A stretch of DNA of 64,000 nt, from positions 544,001-608,000 of the forward strand of contig CBDHDG010000005.1 of assembly GCA_965261595.1 (NCBI GenBank). The letters are read 5' to 3'. The translations under genes and the position numbers were made by a program. The first letter of the stretch is position 1, and the number at the start of each line of letters is the position of its first letter. The notes beneath the pieces are model-generated. The model made no database searches and had not been told where the DNA came from. It saw nothing but the letters and a program-made list of their open reading frames with translations. This DNA comes from a bacterium. GTDB taxonomy: Bacteria > UBA8248 > JACPRG01 > G963555815. Shown here piece after piece: positions 1-10,548 of the stretch.

Positions 1-593
1 TGATCCAGGTGCTCGGCGTCGAGGTTCGTCACAATGGCCACGGTGGGCGTCAGCCGGAGGAAGGACCCGTCGCTTTCATCGGCTTCGGCCACCAGGTACT
101 CTCCGCGTCCCAGGCGGGCGTTGCCCCCAAGGCTGTTCACGCGGCCCCCCACAATCGTTGTCGGGTCGAGGCCGCCTTCCGCCAGCACGGCCGCGACCAG
201 TGAGGTCGTGGTGGTTTTCCCGTGCGCGCCGGCCACCGCCACGCCGTACTTCATCCGCATCAGCTCGGCCAGGATCTCGGCCCGGGGAATGACGGGGATG
301 TTCCGGCCCCGCGCCGCCGACACCTCCGGGTTGGAGGCCGAAACCGCCGAGGAATAAACCAGGACGTCGACTTCTCCGATCTGCTCGGCGTGATGACCGT
401 GGTGGATCTTCGCCCCCAGACCGGCCAGCCGCTGTGTGGTCTCCGATTCGGTGATGTCCGAACCGCTGACGTTGTAACCCAGGTTCATGAGAAGCTCGGC
501 CAGGCCGGACATGCCCGCCCCGCCGATGCCGACGAAGTGTATTCGGCGGCAGCGGGTGAGAAACGGGTGGTTCTCAATGGGGGTCGCGATCAT
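1..593 (-). CDS. murC: UDP-N-acetylmuramate--L-alanine ligase (5' part; runs off window)
   Basis: Manual translation from ATG 593: [35 protein letters not shown]...[14 protein letters not shown]; follows murG in dcw order. Not in ORF track because it is truncated. Confidence 0.95.
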   Translation of the reverse strand, partial: MIATPIENHPFLTRCRRIHFVGIGGAGMSGLAELLMNLGYNVSGSDITESETTQRLAGLGAKIHHGHHAEQIGEVDVLVYSSAVSASNPEVSAARGRNIPVIPRAEILAELMRMKYGVAVAGAHGKTTTTSLVAAVLAEGGLDPTTIVGGRVNSLGGNARLGRGEYLVAEADESDGSFLRLTPTVAIVTNLDAEHLD

Positions 594-1704
594 CGGGTTC
601 TCCTCCGTCCGCGACGGACCGGCACAACCGGGCGATCCTCGCCGCGGCGCCCGGCATCGCTTTCGCGCGTCCCGCGGCCGACATGGCCCTGAGCCGGGCG
701 GGGTCTTCCAGCAGGGCCGCCGCTTCGCCGCCCAGGCGCGCTTCGAGCTCCTCTTGGGGAATCGTCAAGGCCGCCCCCGCGGCGGCCGCCGCGTTCGCCG
801 CTTGATGGTGATCGGCCCCCGCCGGCATCGGGACGAGAATCGCCGGAACACCGGCCGCCATGAGCTCCGAGACGGTTACGGCGCCGGCCCGGGCGATGGC
901 CAGATCCGCTTTGCGGTAGGCCGCGGCCATGTCCTCCAGAAACGGCGAGACTTCCGCGTCGAAGCCGGCCTCCCGGTGCGCCCGCCGGACCGATTCGGCG
1001 TCCGCCTCCCCCGTGACGTGAATCACGGACACGCTCAGTCCCCGGGCCTTCCAGGCGGGCAGGGCCCGGCAAAGGGCTTCGTTGAGCGCATGAGACCCCT
1101 GGCTTCCCCCGAAGACGAGGAGCGTCGGGGGCGATCCGGACGCGGGGTCCGCTTCCCTCTCCCCCCCCCCCTCCGATCGGGTTTCGGCGGCCAGGGCTTC
1201 GATCTCGGGACGCAGGGGAACCCCCGTCACCACGCAATGCGTCCGGCCGAGGAGGTCTTGGGCTTCGGGAAACCCCAGCGCCGCGGCCTTCGCGAACCTC
1301 GACAGAAACCGGTTGGCCGCGCCGGGATGCGCGTTTTGTTCCATCAGGACAACGGGACGGCCGGTGCACCACGCCGCCAGGACCGCCGGCGCGCTCGCGT
1401 AGCCGCCGACGCCCAAGACCACCCGGGGCCGGAATCGAAAGAGGATCCAGAAGGACGCCGCCACCCCCCCGAGAAGCAGGACCGCCGAGCGCAGCCGTTC
1501 GCTGAAGGTCTTCCCCTTGAGGCCGCCCGCCGGAATCAGGCGGTGGGGAAGTCCGGAGGGGCCGAGGAGTTTGCGGTCCAAAGGCCGCCTTGCCCCGACG
1601 AGCAGGACTTCCGCGCCCGCGTGCGTCTCCAGCCAGGTTCGGGCGACGGTCATCGCCGGGACCAGGTGTCCTCCCGTGCCGCCGCCCGCGATGAGGATCT
1701 TCAA
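574..1704 (-). CDS. murG: Undecaprenyl-PP-MurNAc-pentapeptide GlcNAc transferase
   Basis: [23 protein letters not shown] motifs; TTG start with GGGAG 7 nt upstream. Confidence 0.97.
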   Translation of the reverse strand: MKILIAGGGTGGHLVPAMTVARTWLETHAGAEVLLVGARRPLDRKLLGPSGLPHRLIPAGGLKGKTFSERLRSAVLLLGGVAASFWILFRFRPRVVLGVGGYASAPAVLAAWCTGRPVVLMEQNAHPGAANRFLSRFAKAAALGFPEAQDLLGRTHCVVTGVPLRPEIEALAAETRSEGGGEREADPASGSPPTLLVFGGSQGSHALNEALCRALPAWKARGLSVSVIHVTGEADAESVRRAHREAGFDAEVSPFLEDMAAAYRKADLAIARAGAVTVSELMAAGVPAILVPMPAGADHHQAANAAAAAGAALTIPQEELEARLGGEAAALLEDPARLRAMSAAGRAKAMPGAAARIARLCRSVADGGEPDDRDPH

Positions 1705-1719
1705 GGTTCGACTCCCGGT

Positions 1720-2841
1720 TCATGACGCCCGGCCCCCTCCGGGGTTTCGGGCCCCCACGCTCAACAAAACGCCCGCGCCCGCCATGGCCGCCACAAGCGA
1801 CGATCCCCCGGCGCTGAAGAACGGCAGGGGCATTCCCTTGGTGGGAAGCAGCCCGGACACCACGCCCAGGTTCGCCAGGGCCTGAAGGCCTATCCAGGAA
1901 GTGAAGCCGGCCGCCAGATAGGCGCCGAACGGGTCCGGACAGGATGTGGCCAACCGGGAGGTCCTCCACAGGAGAACGCCGAACAAGGCCAGGATGAGGC
2001 CCGCCCCGATCAGCCCGAGCTCTTCGCCCACCACGGCGAAGATGAAATCCGTATGCGGGGCCGGAAGAAAGAGGAGCTTGGCCTTGCCCCGCATCAACCC
2101 TTCGCCGGTCCAGCCCCCTTGCGCGAGGGAGAGATAGGATTGGACCATCTGGTATCCCGATCCTTCCGCGTCCGCCCAGGGGTCGAGAAAGCTTAGCAGC
2201 CGTCTCCTGCGGTACGCCGCCGAGACCAAGAAAGCGGCGAGGAAGGGGAGGGCGGCGGCCAGGATTGCTCCCAGGTGGAGGGGCCTTGTGCCCGCCAGGA
2301 ACAGGAGCGTGATCGCGACGCCCAGAAGAAGGAGGCCCGACCCGACGTCCGGCTGGAGCATCACCAGAACGGACAAGGCGCCCGCCATGCCGATGGCGGG
2401 GAGCAGGCCGAATCCTATCTCCCGGATCCGATCGCCCTTGAGGGCGAGAAGGTGGGCCATCAGGACCACCAGAATGAATTTCACCGGTTCCACCGGCTGG
2501 ACGGAGAAATCTCCCAGGCGCAACCAGCGGCGCGCGCCCCCGGCCTCCGCGCCCCAGCCGGGGATCAAGACGACTGACAGGGCCAAGAGCGAGAGTCCCA
2601 AGAGGGGATAGGCGGCCCGGCGCCAGAGCGCATAATGGATTCGGGAAAACGCGAACAAGACTCCCAGCCCCACAACCGCATACGCGATCTGCCGCTTCAG
2701 GAAGTAGGCCGAATCTCCGTATCGCTCAAGCGCCAGGACGGCGCTGGCGCTGTAGACCATGACCACCCCCGCGCTCACAAGGGCCAGGACCGCTCCGAGA
2801 AGCCAGGGGTCGGGCCGGTGGCCGGCTCGGGTTGCGCTCAT
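1720..2841 (-). CDS. ftsW: SEDS peptidoglycan polymerase FtsW
   Basis: Multi-TM; GARRW, QPVE, HTDFIF, PTKGMPLPFFSAGGSS; ATG 2841 overlaps murD stop. Confidence 0.95.
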   Translation of the reverse strand: MSATRAGHRPDPWLLGAVLALVSAGVVMVYSASAVLALERYGDSAYFLKRQIAYAVVGLGVLFAFSRIHYALWRRAAYPLLGLSLLALSVVLIPGWGAEAGGARRWLRLGDFSVQPVEPVKFILVVLMAHLLALKGDRIREIGFGLLPAIGMAGALSVLVMLQPDVGSGLLLLGVAITLLFLAGTRPLHLGAILAAALPFLAAFLVSAAYRRRRLLSFLDPWADAEGSGYQMVQSYLSLAQGGWTGEGLMRGKAKLLFLPAPHTDFIFAVVGEELGLIGAGLILALFGVLLWRTSRLATSCPDPFGAYLAAGFTSWIGLQALANLGVVSGLLPTKGMPLPFFSAGGSSLVAAMAGAGVLLSVGARNPGGGRAS

Positions 2842-4196
2842 GGCGTCAGGTTCTCCACTTCGGCCTCGAATCGCCGGCCCCGATCTTCGTAATCGGCGAA
2901 CATGTCGAAGCTGGCGCACGCCGGGGACAGGAGGACCACGTCTCCGGGCCGGCCCCGGTCGTCCGCCGCCCGGACGGCCTCCGCCATGGATTCGGCCTCG
3001 ACGCAATCCGCCAGGCCCGCAAAAGCGGACCGGAACCGCGTCCTCGATTCCCCGATGAGGATCAGGGTTTTCACCCGGTCCCGGACGAGCGGCCTCAGCG
3101 GCGTCAGGTCGCCGGCCTTGTCGCGGCCGCCGGCGATGAGAATGATCGGGTCGGAGAAGCTCTCGATGGAGCGGACGGCGGCCCCGACGTTTGTCCCCTT
3201 GGAATCGTTGTACCAGCGGACGCCCCGCCGCTCCCGGACCAGCGTCAGGCGGTGTTCGATGGGCCGGACCCCTCTCAGGGCGCGGCCCATGGTCTCCGCC
3301 GGGACGCCGCACAGCGAGGAGACGGCGATGGCCGCCAGGGCGTTCTCGACGTTGTGGACGCCGTGAAGCGGGAGGGCGTCACGCTCGACAACGCTCTCGG
3401 ACGCGCCGCCGTTACGCCGGACGAGGCGCCCTTCCTCCAGGCAGGCCCCGTCGGTCACGAGCGCCCGCAGGCTGAAGAACCGGACCCGGGACGCGGTTTC
3501 CCCGGCGAAGGCCCGCACCCGCTCATCGTCCGCGTTCAGGACCAGGTGGTCTTCAGCCCGTTGGGCGGTGAAGATCCGCCGTTTCCAGCCGACGTATTCT
3601 TCCAGGTCCCGGTGCCGGTCCAGGTGATCGGGTGTGATGTTGGTGATGACGGCGATGTGGGGCCGGAAGGTCTCGACCCATTCCAGTTGGAAGCTGCTCA
3701 CCTCGACCACGATGAAGTCCGGGGGGTCGTCCTCGGCCAGGGCGGCGATGAAGGGGGCGCCGATGTTTCCCGCCGCCGGGGCGCGGCGCCCGCCCGCTTC
3801 GAGCAGGGTTTGGATCAGGCCGGCCGTGGTCGTCTTCCCGTTCGTCCCGGTCACCCCGATGACGGGGGTCCGGCAGAAGCGGAAGGCGAGCTCGATCTCG
3901 CTCAGGACGGGCACGCCGGCGGCGGCGGCGCGCGCCAGCAGGGGGTGATCGCGCGGAACGCCGGGACTGACCACGATGCCTTCGGTCTCTTCGAACAGGG
4001 CCGCGGGGTGGCCGCCCACGGCGCGTGCGACCCCGGCGGGAAGCCGGGAGAGGATGTCGGCCAGCTCCGCCTCGGGCCGCTGGTCCGTCACGGTGACCCG
4101 GGCGCCGCGGTCCGCCAGGAACCGTGCGGCGGCCTCTCCCGTCCGGGCCAGGCCCATGACCGTATAGCGCTGTCCCCGAACATCGGGTTCCATCAC
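2838..4196 (-). CDS. murD: UDP-N-acetylmuramoyl-L-alanine--D-glutamate ligase
   Basis: GTNGKTTT, EVSSFQLE, NDSKGTN, LSPACASFD. Confidence 0.97.
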   Translation of the reverse strand: MMEPDVRGQRYTVMGLARTGEAAARFLADRGARVTVTDQRPEAELADILSRLPAGVARAVGGHPAALFEETEGIVVSPGVPRDHPLLARAAAAGVPVLSEIELAFRFCRTPVIGVTGTNGKTTTAGLIQTLLEAGGRRAPAAGNIGAPFIAALAEDDPPDFIVVEVSSFQLEWVETFRPHIAVITNITPDHLDRHRDLEEYVGWKRRIFTAQRAEDHLVLNADDERVRAFAGETASRVRFFSLRALVTDGACLEEGRLVRRNGGASESVVERDALPLHGVHNVENALAAIAVSSLCGVPAETMGRALRGVRPIEHRLTLVRERRGVRWYNDSKGTNVGAAVRSIESFSDPIILIAGGRDKAGDLTPLRPLVRDRVKTLILIGESRTRFRSAFAGLADCVEAESMAEAVRAADDRGRPGDVVLLSPACASFDMFADYEDRGRRFEAEVENLTP

Positions 4197-4235
4197 GGGG
4201 GGGGGGGCGCCATGAGGCTCATCCTTTCGTCCCGG

Positions 4236-5321
4236 TCATCGCAGCTTCAACGTGCTGAGGCTGAAGAGGGCCAGGATGACGGCGATGATGAAGAAGCGCA
4301 CCACCACCTTGGGCTCTTCCCATCCCTTCAGCTCGAAGTGGTGGTGGAGCGGGGCCATCCGGAAGATCCGCCGGCCGGTCAACTTGAACGAGACCACCTG
4401 GAGAATGACCGACACCGCTTCCAGGACGAAGATTCCGCCGGCGATGACCAGCGCGGCTTCCTGCCGCGTCACCACCGCGATGGTCCCCAGCGCCCCCCCG
4501 AGGGCGAGCGCCCCTACGTCGCCCATGAACACCTGGGCGGGATAGCTGTTGAACCACAGGAATCCCAGGCAGGCGCCCAGCATTCCCCCGCAAAAAACCG
4601 TCAGCTCCCCCGCCCCCGTTACGTAGATGACCTGAAGATAGCGGGAAAACAGGACGTTTCCGGCCACGTACGTGAAGAGCACGAAGGCCATGGTGGCCAC
4701 GAGGATAGGGCCCAGCGCGAGTCCGTCCAGACCGTCGGTGAGGTTCACCGCGTTGGAGGTGCCGGTGACGACCACCAGGACGAAGAAGATGTACCCGACG
4801 CCCAGGTACGGAAAGACGTTTTTGAAGAACGGGACCGCCAAGCGCCCCTGGAGGTCCGGGTTGACGGGGTCGTACAGAAGGAAGACCGCGATCGCCAGCC
4901 CCACGACGGCCTGGGCGGAAATCTTGGAGGAGGCCCGGAGTCCCTTTCCGTTGTTCCTCGTGATTTTCAGGTAGTCGTCCACGAATCCGATGGCGCCGAA
5001 ACCCATCGTGGCGAACAGGACCAGCCAGATATAAGGGTTCGTCAGGTCCGCCCAGAGGAGCGTGGGGAAGACCAGGGCCAGAATGATCAGGAGCCCCCCC
5101 ATGGTAGGCGTGCCGGTTTTGGCCCGGTGCCGTTCCGGGAGATCCTCCCGGACCGCCTGGTTGGGCTGGATGGATTTCAGGTACTTAATCAAGCGCGGAC
5201 CCACGAGGAAGCTGATGAGCAGTCCCGTCAGGATGGCGAAGGCCGTTCTCAGTGTGATGTACTGAAACAGGTTGAAAAAGACGTGGACGTCTTTCAAGGG
5301 CGCCAGGAACAGGTAAAGCAT
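4236..5321 (-). CDS. mraY: Phospho-N-acetylmuramoyl-pentapeptide transferase
   Basis: TPTMGG, GFVDDY, NAVNLTDGLDGL, FMGDVG, MAPLHHHFE. Confidence 0.98.
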   Translation of the reverse strand: MLYLFLAPLKDVHVFFNLFQYITLRTAFAILTGLLISFLVGPRLIKYLKSIQPNQAVREDLPERHRAKTGTPTMGGLLIILALVFPTLLWADLTNPYIWLVLFATMGFGAIGFVDDYLKITRNNGKGLRASSKISAQAVVGLAIAVFLLYDPVNPDLQGRLAVPFFKNVFPYLGVGYIFFVLVVVTGTSNAVNLTDGLDGLALGPILVATMAFVLFTYVAGNVLFSRYLQVIYVTGAGELTVFCGGMLGACLGFLWFNSYPAQVFMGDVGALALGGALGTIAVVTRQEAALVIAGGIFVLEAVSVILQVVSFKLTGRRIFRMAPLHHHFELKGWEEPKVVVRFFIIAVILALFSLSTLKLR

Positions 5322-6838
5322 CAGGTGGACCTTTTCTTGTCTTGCAACGGGTTTCTTCCCCTACGGATTTCTCCGGACCTCTTTTTTCCCCGGGAGGCGG
5401 CCTTCACGGCCGGCCGAAGCCCCTCCAGGATCCGCTCCATTCCCATTCCCCGGGAGCCCTTGAGAAGGATCCAATCCCCGGACCGCGTGTGACGTCTCAG
5501 CCACCGGGCGGCTTCGGCGTGCGTCTCGCACACGGTGACGCGCCGTCGGTTCATCCCCCGCTTCAGTGCTTCGTCGGCCATCAGGCGGGCGTGTTTGCCC
5601 AGGACCAACAGGTGATCGATACGCCCGCCGGGCTGTTCCGCCAGGCGCGCGACGGCGGCGCCGATGGATCGGTGGGCGGCGGCCGCGCGCCGGCCCAGCT
5701 CGAGCATGTCTCCCAGGACCGCCACGGACCGGCCGCCGTTGGTCAGACCGGCGAAGGTCGCGAGCGCCGCCGCCATCGAGTCCGGGTTGGCGTTGTACGC
5801 GTCGTTCACCACGTGAAGACCCTCGGGCAGGTCCAGGACTTCCATCCGCATCGGGGCGGGCCGGAATTCCTCCAGACCCGCCGCCACGTCGTCGGCGCCG
5901 ACGCCCAGGGTCCACGCCACCGCGGCGGCGGCCAGGGCGTTGGCCACGTTATGCTCGCCCGGCGTCCGGAGTCGGACATCGCGCCGCTCCGTCCCCATCC
6001 GTAGGGTGAAGGCCATGCCCGACTTGCCCAGGGACCGCACATCCGCGGCCTGCACGTGGGCGGCGGCCAGCCTGCCGAACAGGACGATCCGTCCTTCCAT
6101 GTCCCGGCCGTAGCGCTCGGCCACGTCCAGACAGTGGGGGTTTTCGGCGTTCAGCACCATCATGCCCCGTCCCCGCTCCGCCATGACCTGGACCATCTCG
6201 GCCTTGGCGTCGCGGACCCCGGCGACCGTCTTCAGAAACTTCAGGTGAACCGGCCCGATGTTGGTGATCACGCCGACCGTGGGGCGGGCGATTTCCGTGA
6301 GCCGCCGGATCTCCCCCGGGCGGTTCATCCCCAGCTCCACCACCGAGGCCTGGCGCCCGCTGTCCAGCCGGAACAGGGACAGGGGCAGGCCGAAGAAGTT
6401 GTTCAGATTCCCTTCCGACTTGTGGACCCGCCATTTTCGGCTCAGGACGGCCGCCGTCATGTCCTTCGTGCTGGTCTTCCCGCTGCTGCCGGTGACGGCC
6501 GTCAGGTGAAGATGAAATCGCCGCCGGTGGAAGGCGGCCAGATCCCCCAGGGCGCGGGTGGTGTCCTCGACCGTGATGAGCGACGCCTTCGCGGGCCAGT
6601 CGGACGTCCGCGCGCCGAGGCGGTCCCCCTGGACCAGGATCGCCGCCGCGCCGCGTTCCAGGGCCTGGGGGATGAAGCGGTGCGCGTCCTGCCGCTCGCC
6701 GACGACGGGGATGAACAACTCGCCCGGACCCGCAGTCCGGGAGTCGATGGCAATCCCCTTGATGGTCCGGCGTCTTCCTCTTTTTACGATGACGCCGCCC
6801 GTGGCCGCCTTCACCTCTTCCACCGTCATTCGGGGCAT
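5321..6838 (-). CDS. murF: UDP-MurNAc-tripeptide--D-Ala-D-Ala ligase
   Basis: TGSSGKTSTK, NDAYNANP, LGDMLELG, LKGSRGM. Confidence 0.96.
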   Translation of the reverse strand: MPRMTVEEVKAATGGVIVKRGRRRTIKGIAIDSRTAGPGELFIPVVGERQDAHRFIPQALERGAAAILVQGDRLGARTSDWPAKASLITVEDTTRALGDLAAFHRRRFHLHLTAVTGSSGKTSTKDMTAAVLSRKWRVHKSEGNLNNFFGLPLSLFRLDSGRQASVVELGMNRPGEIRRLTEIARPTVGVITNIGPVHLKFLKTVAGVRDAKAEMVQVMAERGRGMMVLNAENPHCLDVAERYGRDMEGRIVLFGRLAAAHVQAADVRSLGKSGMAFTLRMGTERRDVRLRTPGEHNVANALAAAAVAWTLGVGADDVAAGLEEFRPAPMRMEVLDLPEGLHVVNDAYNANPDSMAAALATFAGLTNGGRSVAVLGDMLELGRRAAAAHRSIGAAVARLAEQPGGRIDHLLVLGKHARLMADEALKRGMNRRRVTVCETHAEAARWLRRHTRSGDWILLKGSRGMGMERILEGLRPAVKAASRGKKRSGEIRRGRNPLQDKKRST

Positions 6839-6907
6839 GATCCGTTTTCCCGGGCCGCCGCCCGCTTCGGGCCGCCGCCCGCTCCGGGCTTTCGCCCGTT
6901 CCGCGCG

Positions 6908-8452
6908 TTACATCTCGTCCGGCGCCCGCCCGCCGTAGCCCAAATCCCGCAACGCCTTGCGGGCCTCTTCCCGGTCGTCGAAATGGAGGACTTCCTCCCC
7001 GACGATCTGATAATCCTCGTGTCCCTTCCCGGCGATGACGACCGCGTCTCCGGGGGCCGCCCGGGCCAGGGCGCGGCCGATGGCCGCCCGCCGGTCCACG
7101 CACATTTCATGACTCGCGCGCCCCGTGCCGAGGCCGAGGATCCCGGGCTCGATCTCCGCCAGGATGGCTTCCGGGTCCTCCGTCCTCGGGTTGTCCGATG
7201 TGACGACGACGTGATCGGCGACTTCGGCGGCCGCGGCGCCCATCCGGGGGCGCTTGGAGCGGTCCCGGTCGCCGCCGCATCCCATGACGGCGATCAGCCG
7301 GCCGCCGATGAGCTCCCGCGCCGCCGCCAGGACGCGGCGCAGGGCGTCCTCGGTATGGGCGTAATCGACAATGACGGCAAAGGGTTGGCCCCGGTCGATC
7401 CGCTCGAAGCGGCCGGGGGCGTTTTTCAGGCGGTGCAGGCCTTCCACCACGACTTCGAGGGGAAGTCCCAGGGAGAGGCCCGCGGCCGCGGCGGCGAGGG
7501 CGTTGTAGAGGTTGTACGAACCCGCCAGGCGCAGCCGGACGGGGGTTTCTCCGGCGGGTCCGGCGAGGCGGAAGCGGAGGCCGGACCCGCCGATCTCCAC
7601 GTCCCGCGCGGTGACCGAAGCCGGCGCGGAAAGCCCGTAGGTCAACCCTGCCTCGCCGGCCGGGGTGGCCTCGACGTCGGCCCAGATGCGCTTGCCGTAG
7701 GGGTCGTCCAGGTTGACGACGGCCCTTCGGACGGGATGGCGGGTAAACAGGGAGCGCTTCGCCTCGAAATAGGCGTCGAGGGTTTCGTGATGGTCGAGGT
7801 GATCCTGTGTCAGGTTCGAGAAGACGGCGGCCTCGAAATCGGTCCCCGCGACCCGGTCGAGGCTCAGGCCGTGCGAGGAGACCTCGAGCAGGCAGTATTC
7901 CACTTCGGCGTCGGCCATCTTCCGGAGGATGCCCTGTAGATCGGGGGCCTCGGGCGTGGTTTGGCCGGCTTCCAGCTCGATTTCCGCTCCGCCGTCCGGT
8001 CCGCGGTCCCAGCGATAAGCGATGGTGCCGATGACCCCGGTCCTCACTCCGGCCGCCCGGAAGATGGATTCCATCAGATAGGTCCAGGTGGTTTTGCCGT
8101 TCGTGCCGGTGATGCCGATCACCCGTAGGTCGCCGGATGGATGCCCATAGAATGCGTCGGCGAGGCGGGCGAGGGCCCGGCGGGTGTCGGCGGTCTCCGC
8201 CAGGGCGACCGAGGAGTTGAGCCCCCGGGCCTTCGCGTCGGCCAGGTCCCGGACAATCAACCCGGCGGCGCCGCGTCCGACGGCCTCCTCCAGGTAGCGT
8301 TGTCCGTCCGTCCGCGTTCCGGACAGGGCGATGAACAGGTCGCCCGGCCGGACCTTGCGGGAGTCATAGGCGATCCCGGTGATGTCCGTATCGGGGTTTC
8401 CCGATACGGGCAACGGCCCCAACCCTTCCAGAAGTTCGCGGAGCTTCACCAT
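6908..8452 (-). CDS. murE: UDP-MurNAc-dipeptide--meso-diaminopimelate ligase
   Basis: GTNGKTT, EVSSH, DYAHT, GCGGDRD, DNPR (meso-DAP-type), AGKGHE. Confidence 0.97.
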   Translation of the reverse strand: MVKLRELLEGLGPLPVSGNPDTDITGIAYDSRKVRPGDLFIALSGTRTDGQRYLEEAVGRGAAGLIVRDLADAKARGLNSSVALAETADTRRALARLADAFYGHPSGDLRVIGITGTNGKTTWTYLMESIFRAAGVRTGVIGTIAYRWDRGPDGGAEIELEAGQTTPEAPDLQGILRKMADAEVEYCLLEVSSHGLSLDRVAGTDFEAAVFSNLTQDHLDHHETLDAYFEAKRSLFTRHPVRRAVVNLDDPYGKRIWADVEATPAGEAGLTYGLSAPASVTARDVEIGGSGLRFRLAGPAGETPVRLRLAGSYNLYNALAAAAAGLSLGLPLEVVVEGLHRLKNAPGRFERIDRGQPFAVIVDYAHTEDALRRVLAAARELIGGRLIAVMGCGGDRDRSKRPRMGAAAAEVADHVVVTSDNPRTEDPEAILAEIEPGILGLGTGRASHEMCVDRRAAIGRALARAAPGDAVVIAGKGHEDYQIVGEEVLHFDDREEARKALRDLGYGGRAPDEM

Positions 8453-8467
8453 CCCTCGGGTTTCTCT

Positions 8468-10228
8468 CTATCCCCGGCCGGAGCGGGCGCTTGCGGCCTC
8501 GCCGGCCGAAGGGGCGCTTGGCGATGACGCCCGGATTTGGCGGGCCCCTCGCGGCGGAACACGGAGGTAGCGGAGGGTCTTCTCCGCGATTTCGCGGAAG
8601 ACGGGGGCGGCCACGGCGCCGCCGGAGATGCGGGTTTTGGGGTGGTCGATGGAGACGAAGATCACCACTTTGGGGCGCTCGGCCGGGGTGAATCCGACAA
8701 ACGAGGCGACGTATCGGTCCTCGGAATAGGCTCGCGTGGCCGCGTCGATCTGCTGGGCGGTGCCCGTCTTGCCGGCCGCCGAATACCCCCGGGGCTTCGC
8801 GGCCCTGCCGGTTCCGCGTTGAACCACGCCGGTCAGCATCTTCCGGAGGGTCCGGGCCGTTCGGGCGCTCATGGCCCGCCGGACGATCTTCGGCGCGAAA
8901 ACGCGCAACGATGCCCCTTGGTCCCGAATCTCTCTGACGATCCTCGGCCGCATGAGGTAGCCGCCGTTGGCGACGGCGCCGTACGCCAGGGCCACCTGGA
9001 GGGTCGTGACGGAGACCTCCTGCCCCAACGGCGCCGCCCCGATGGAGGAGCGGGTCCACTGACGGACGGGGCGGATGAGCCCTGGAGATTCCGCGGGCAG
9101 GCCGGAGCGGGTGGAGGCGCCGAAGCCCAGGAGGCGGATGGTGCGATGCAGGTTGGCGGCGCCGACGCGCTGTGCGATCCGGATGGTGCAGATGTTGCTG
9201 GACACTTCAAGGATTCGGGCCACGGTGAGGACGCCGTGCGGGCGCGCGTCGCGGATCTTCCTGCCCGCCACGCGGAAGCGGCCCTTCCGGCAGTCGAAGG
9301 TGTCCGTCGGAGACCCGCCGCGGGTTTCGAGATAGGCCGCCATGGTGGCGATCTTGAATGTGGAGCCCGGCTCGAACACGGTGGTGATTCCGGGGATCCC
9401 CCGCATCCCGGGCGAGTCGGTGCGAAACCGGTTGGGATTAAAGGGCGGAGAGACGGCCAGCGCCAGCACCCTGCCCGTTTCAGGCTCCAGGACGAGCGCG
9501 GTCCCGGAACGGGCCCGGGTGGATTCGACGGCGCGGCCGAGTGCGGTCTCGGCGAAGTGCTGGACCGCCTCGTCGATGGTGAGGACCACGTCGGCGCCTT
9601 TCCTGGGCGGACGCTGAAGGATCTCGAGGGGGTAGAGATCGCGGCCCCGGCCGTCCCGCGAGACCCGGATGGTTCCGGGCAATCCCCGCAGGTAGGGGTC
9701 GAAGGCATACTCCAGGCCCTCCAGCCCCTTGTTGTCGATGCCCACGAATCCCAGCAGGTGGCCGGCCAGCGGTCCTTTGGGGTAGTGTCGCTTGCCCTCC
9801 GGAACCGCCGCGACCCCGGCGAGGTTCAGCTCGCGCACCCGCTTCGCCTCTTCCGGCGTCGATTGCCGGCGCAGCCAGACGAAGGGTTTCCCGGAGGTCA
9901 GTTTCTTGCGCAATTCCGGTTCGGGCAGCGTCAGATTTTTGGAGAGGAGCCGGGCGGCGACAGTCGGCCTTGCCAGGGCGGCCGGCCGTACAAAGATTGA
10001 ATCGGCAAGGACGCTCAGGGCGAGAGTCCGACTGCGCCGGTCCATGATGGTCCCACGCTGAGGCTGGATGGGAACGCTCTTTGCGTACTGCCGCTTCGCC
10101 CGGCTCAGGGTGAGCTGGTTTGGGGTCACCTGCAACTGATACAGCCGTGCGGCGACCATCCCCAGTCCCGCCAGGAGCAGGACGAGGAAGAAGCGTTGGC
10201 GACGCCGGAATCCTTCCAAGGATGTCAC
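8468..10228 (-). CDS. ftsI: Class B penicillin-binding protein (septal transpeptidase)
   Basis: N-terminal TM, RGTIMDR, EPGSTFK (SxxK), SSN, KTGTAQ; GTG 10228 overlaps ftsL stop. Confidence 0.93.
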   Translation of the reverse strand: MTSLEGFRRRQRFFLVLLLAGLGMVAARLYQLQVTPNQLTLSRAKRQYAKSVPIQPQRGTIMDRRSRTLALSVLADSIFVRPAALARPTVAARLLSKNLTLPEPELRKKLTSGKPFVWLRRQSTPEEAKRVRELNLAGVAAVPEGKRHYPKGPLAGHLLGFVGIDNKGLEGLEYAFDPYLRGLPGTIRVSRDGRGRDLYPLEILQRPPRKGADVVLTIDEAVQHFAETALGRAVESTRARSGTALVLEPETGRVLALAVSPPFNPNRFRTDSPGMRGIPGITTVFEPGSTFKIATMAAYLETRGGSPTDTFDCRKGRFRVAGRKIRDARPHGVLTVARILEVSSNICTIRIAQRVGAANLHRTIRLLGFGASTRSGLPAESPGLIRPVRQWTRSSIGAAPLGQEVSVTTLQVALAYGAVANGGYLMRPRIVREIRDQGASLRVFAPKIVRRAMSARTARTLRKMLTGVVQRGTGRAAKPRGYSAAGKTGTAQQIDAATRAYSEDRYVASFVGFTPAERPKVVIFVSIDHPKTRISGGAVAAPVFREIAEKTLRYLRVPPRGARQIRASSPSAPSAGEAASARSGRG

Positions 10229-10548
10229 GGCATCTCCTCTCGAACCCGGGCAAGGCTTGGCGCCTCGACCCAGAGGATTTGTCGCTGCGCCGGATCGATG
10301 AGGCCCAGGTCCCGGCGGGCGATCGTCTCGATTCGGGCAAGCGACCGAAGCTCGGCGTTCTTGAGGCGGAGACGGCGGTTTTCCCGCACCCTCCGGTCCT
10401 GCTCCGCCCGCAGCGAGTGGAATTCGTAGCGAAGCCGCAGGTCGTAAAGCCTCGGCCATGCCAGCGCGATGACCGCCGCGGCCAGGACGGGCAGGCAGAG
10501 CAGGTAGCGCCAGCTTCCCGCGCGCGCCGGACGGGGGAGTGGCTTCAC
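10225..10548 (-). CDS. ftsL: Cell division protein FtsL
   Basis: 107 aa; short cytoplasmic N-terminus, one TM, coiled coil ending RIETIARRDLGL; lies between rsmH and ftsI with GTGA overlaps. Confidence 0.85.
   Translation of the reverse strand: MKPLPRPARAGSWRYLLCLPVLAAAVIALAWPRLYDLRLRYEFHSLRAEQDRRVRENRRLRLKNAELRSLARIETIARRDLGLIDPAQRQILWVEAPSLARVREEMP

Noticed and set aside
1704..1723. Out-of-frame ATG overlapping the ftsW stop, suggesting a murG frameshift
   Set aside because: TTG 1704 has its own SD and gives a complete MurG N-terminus
2832..5492. 886-aa plus-strand ORF, and similar long ORFs at 22633-24906, 48926-51400 and 60543-62744
   Set aside because: Antisense shadows of murD/mraY, msbA, clpC and uvrB; expected in high-GC DNA; no motifs
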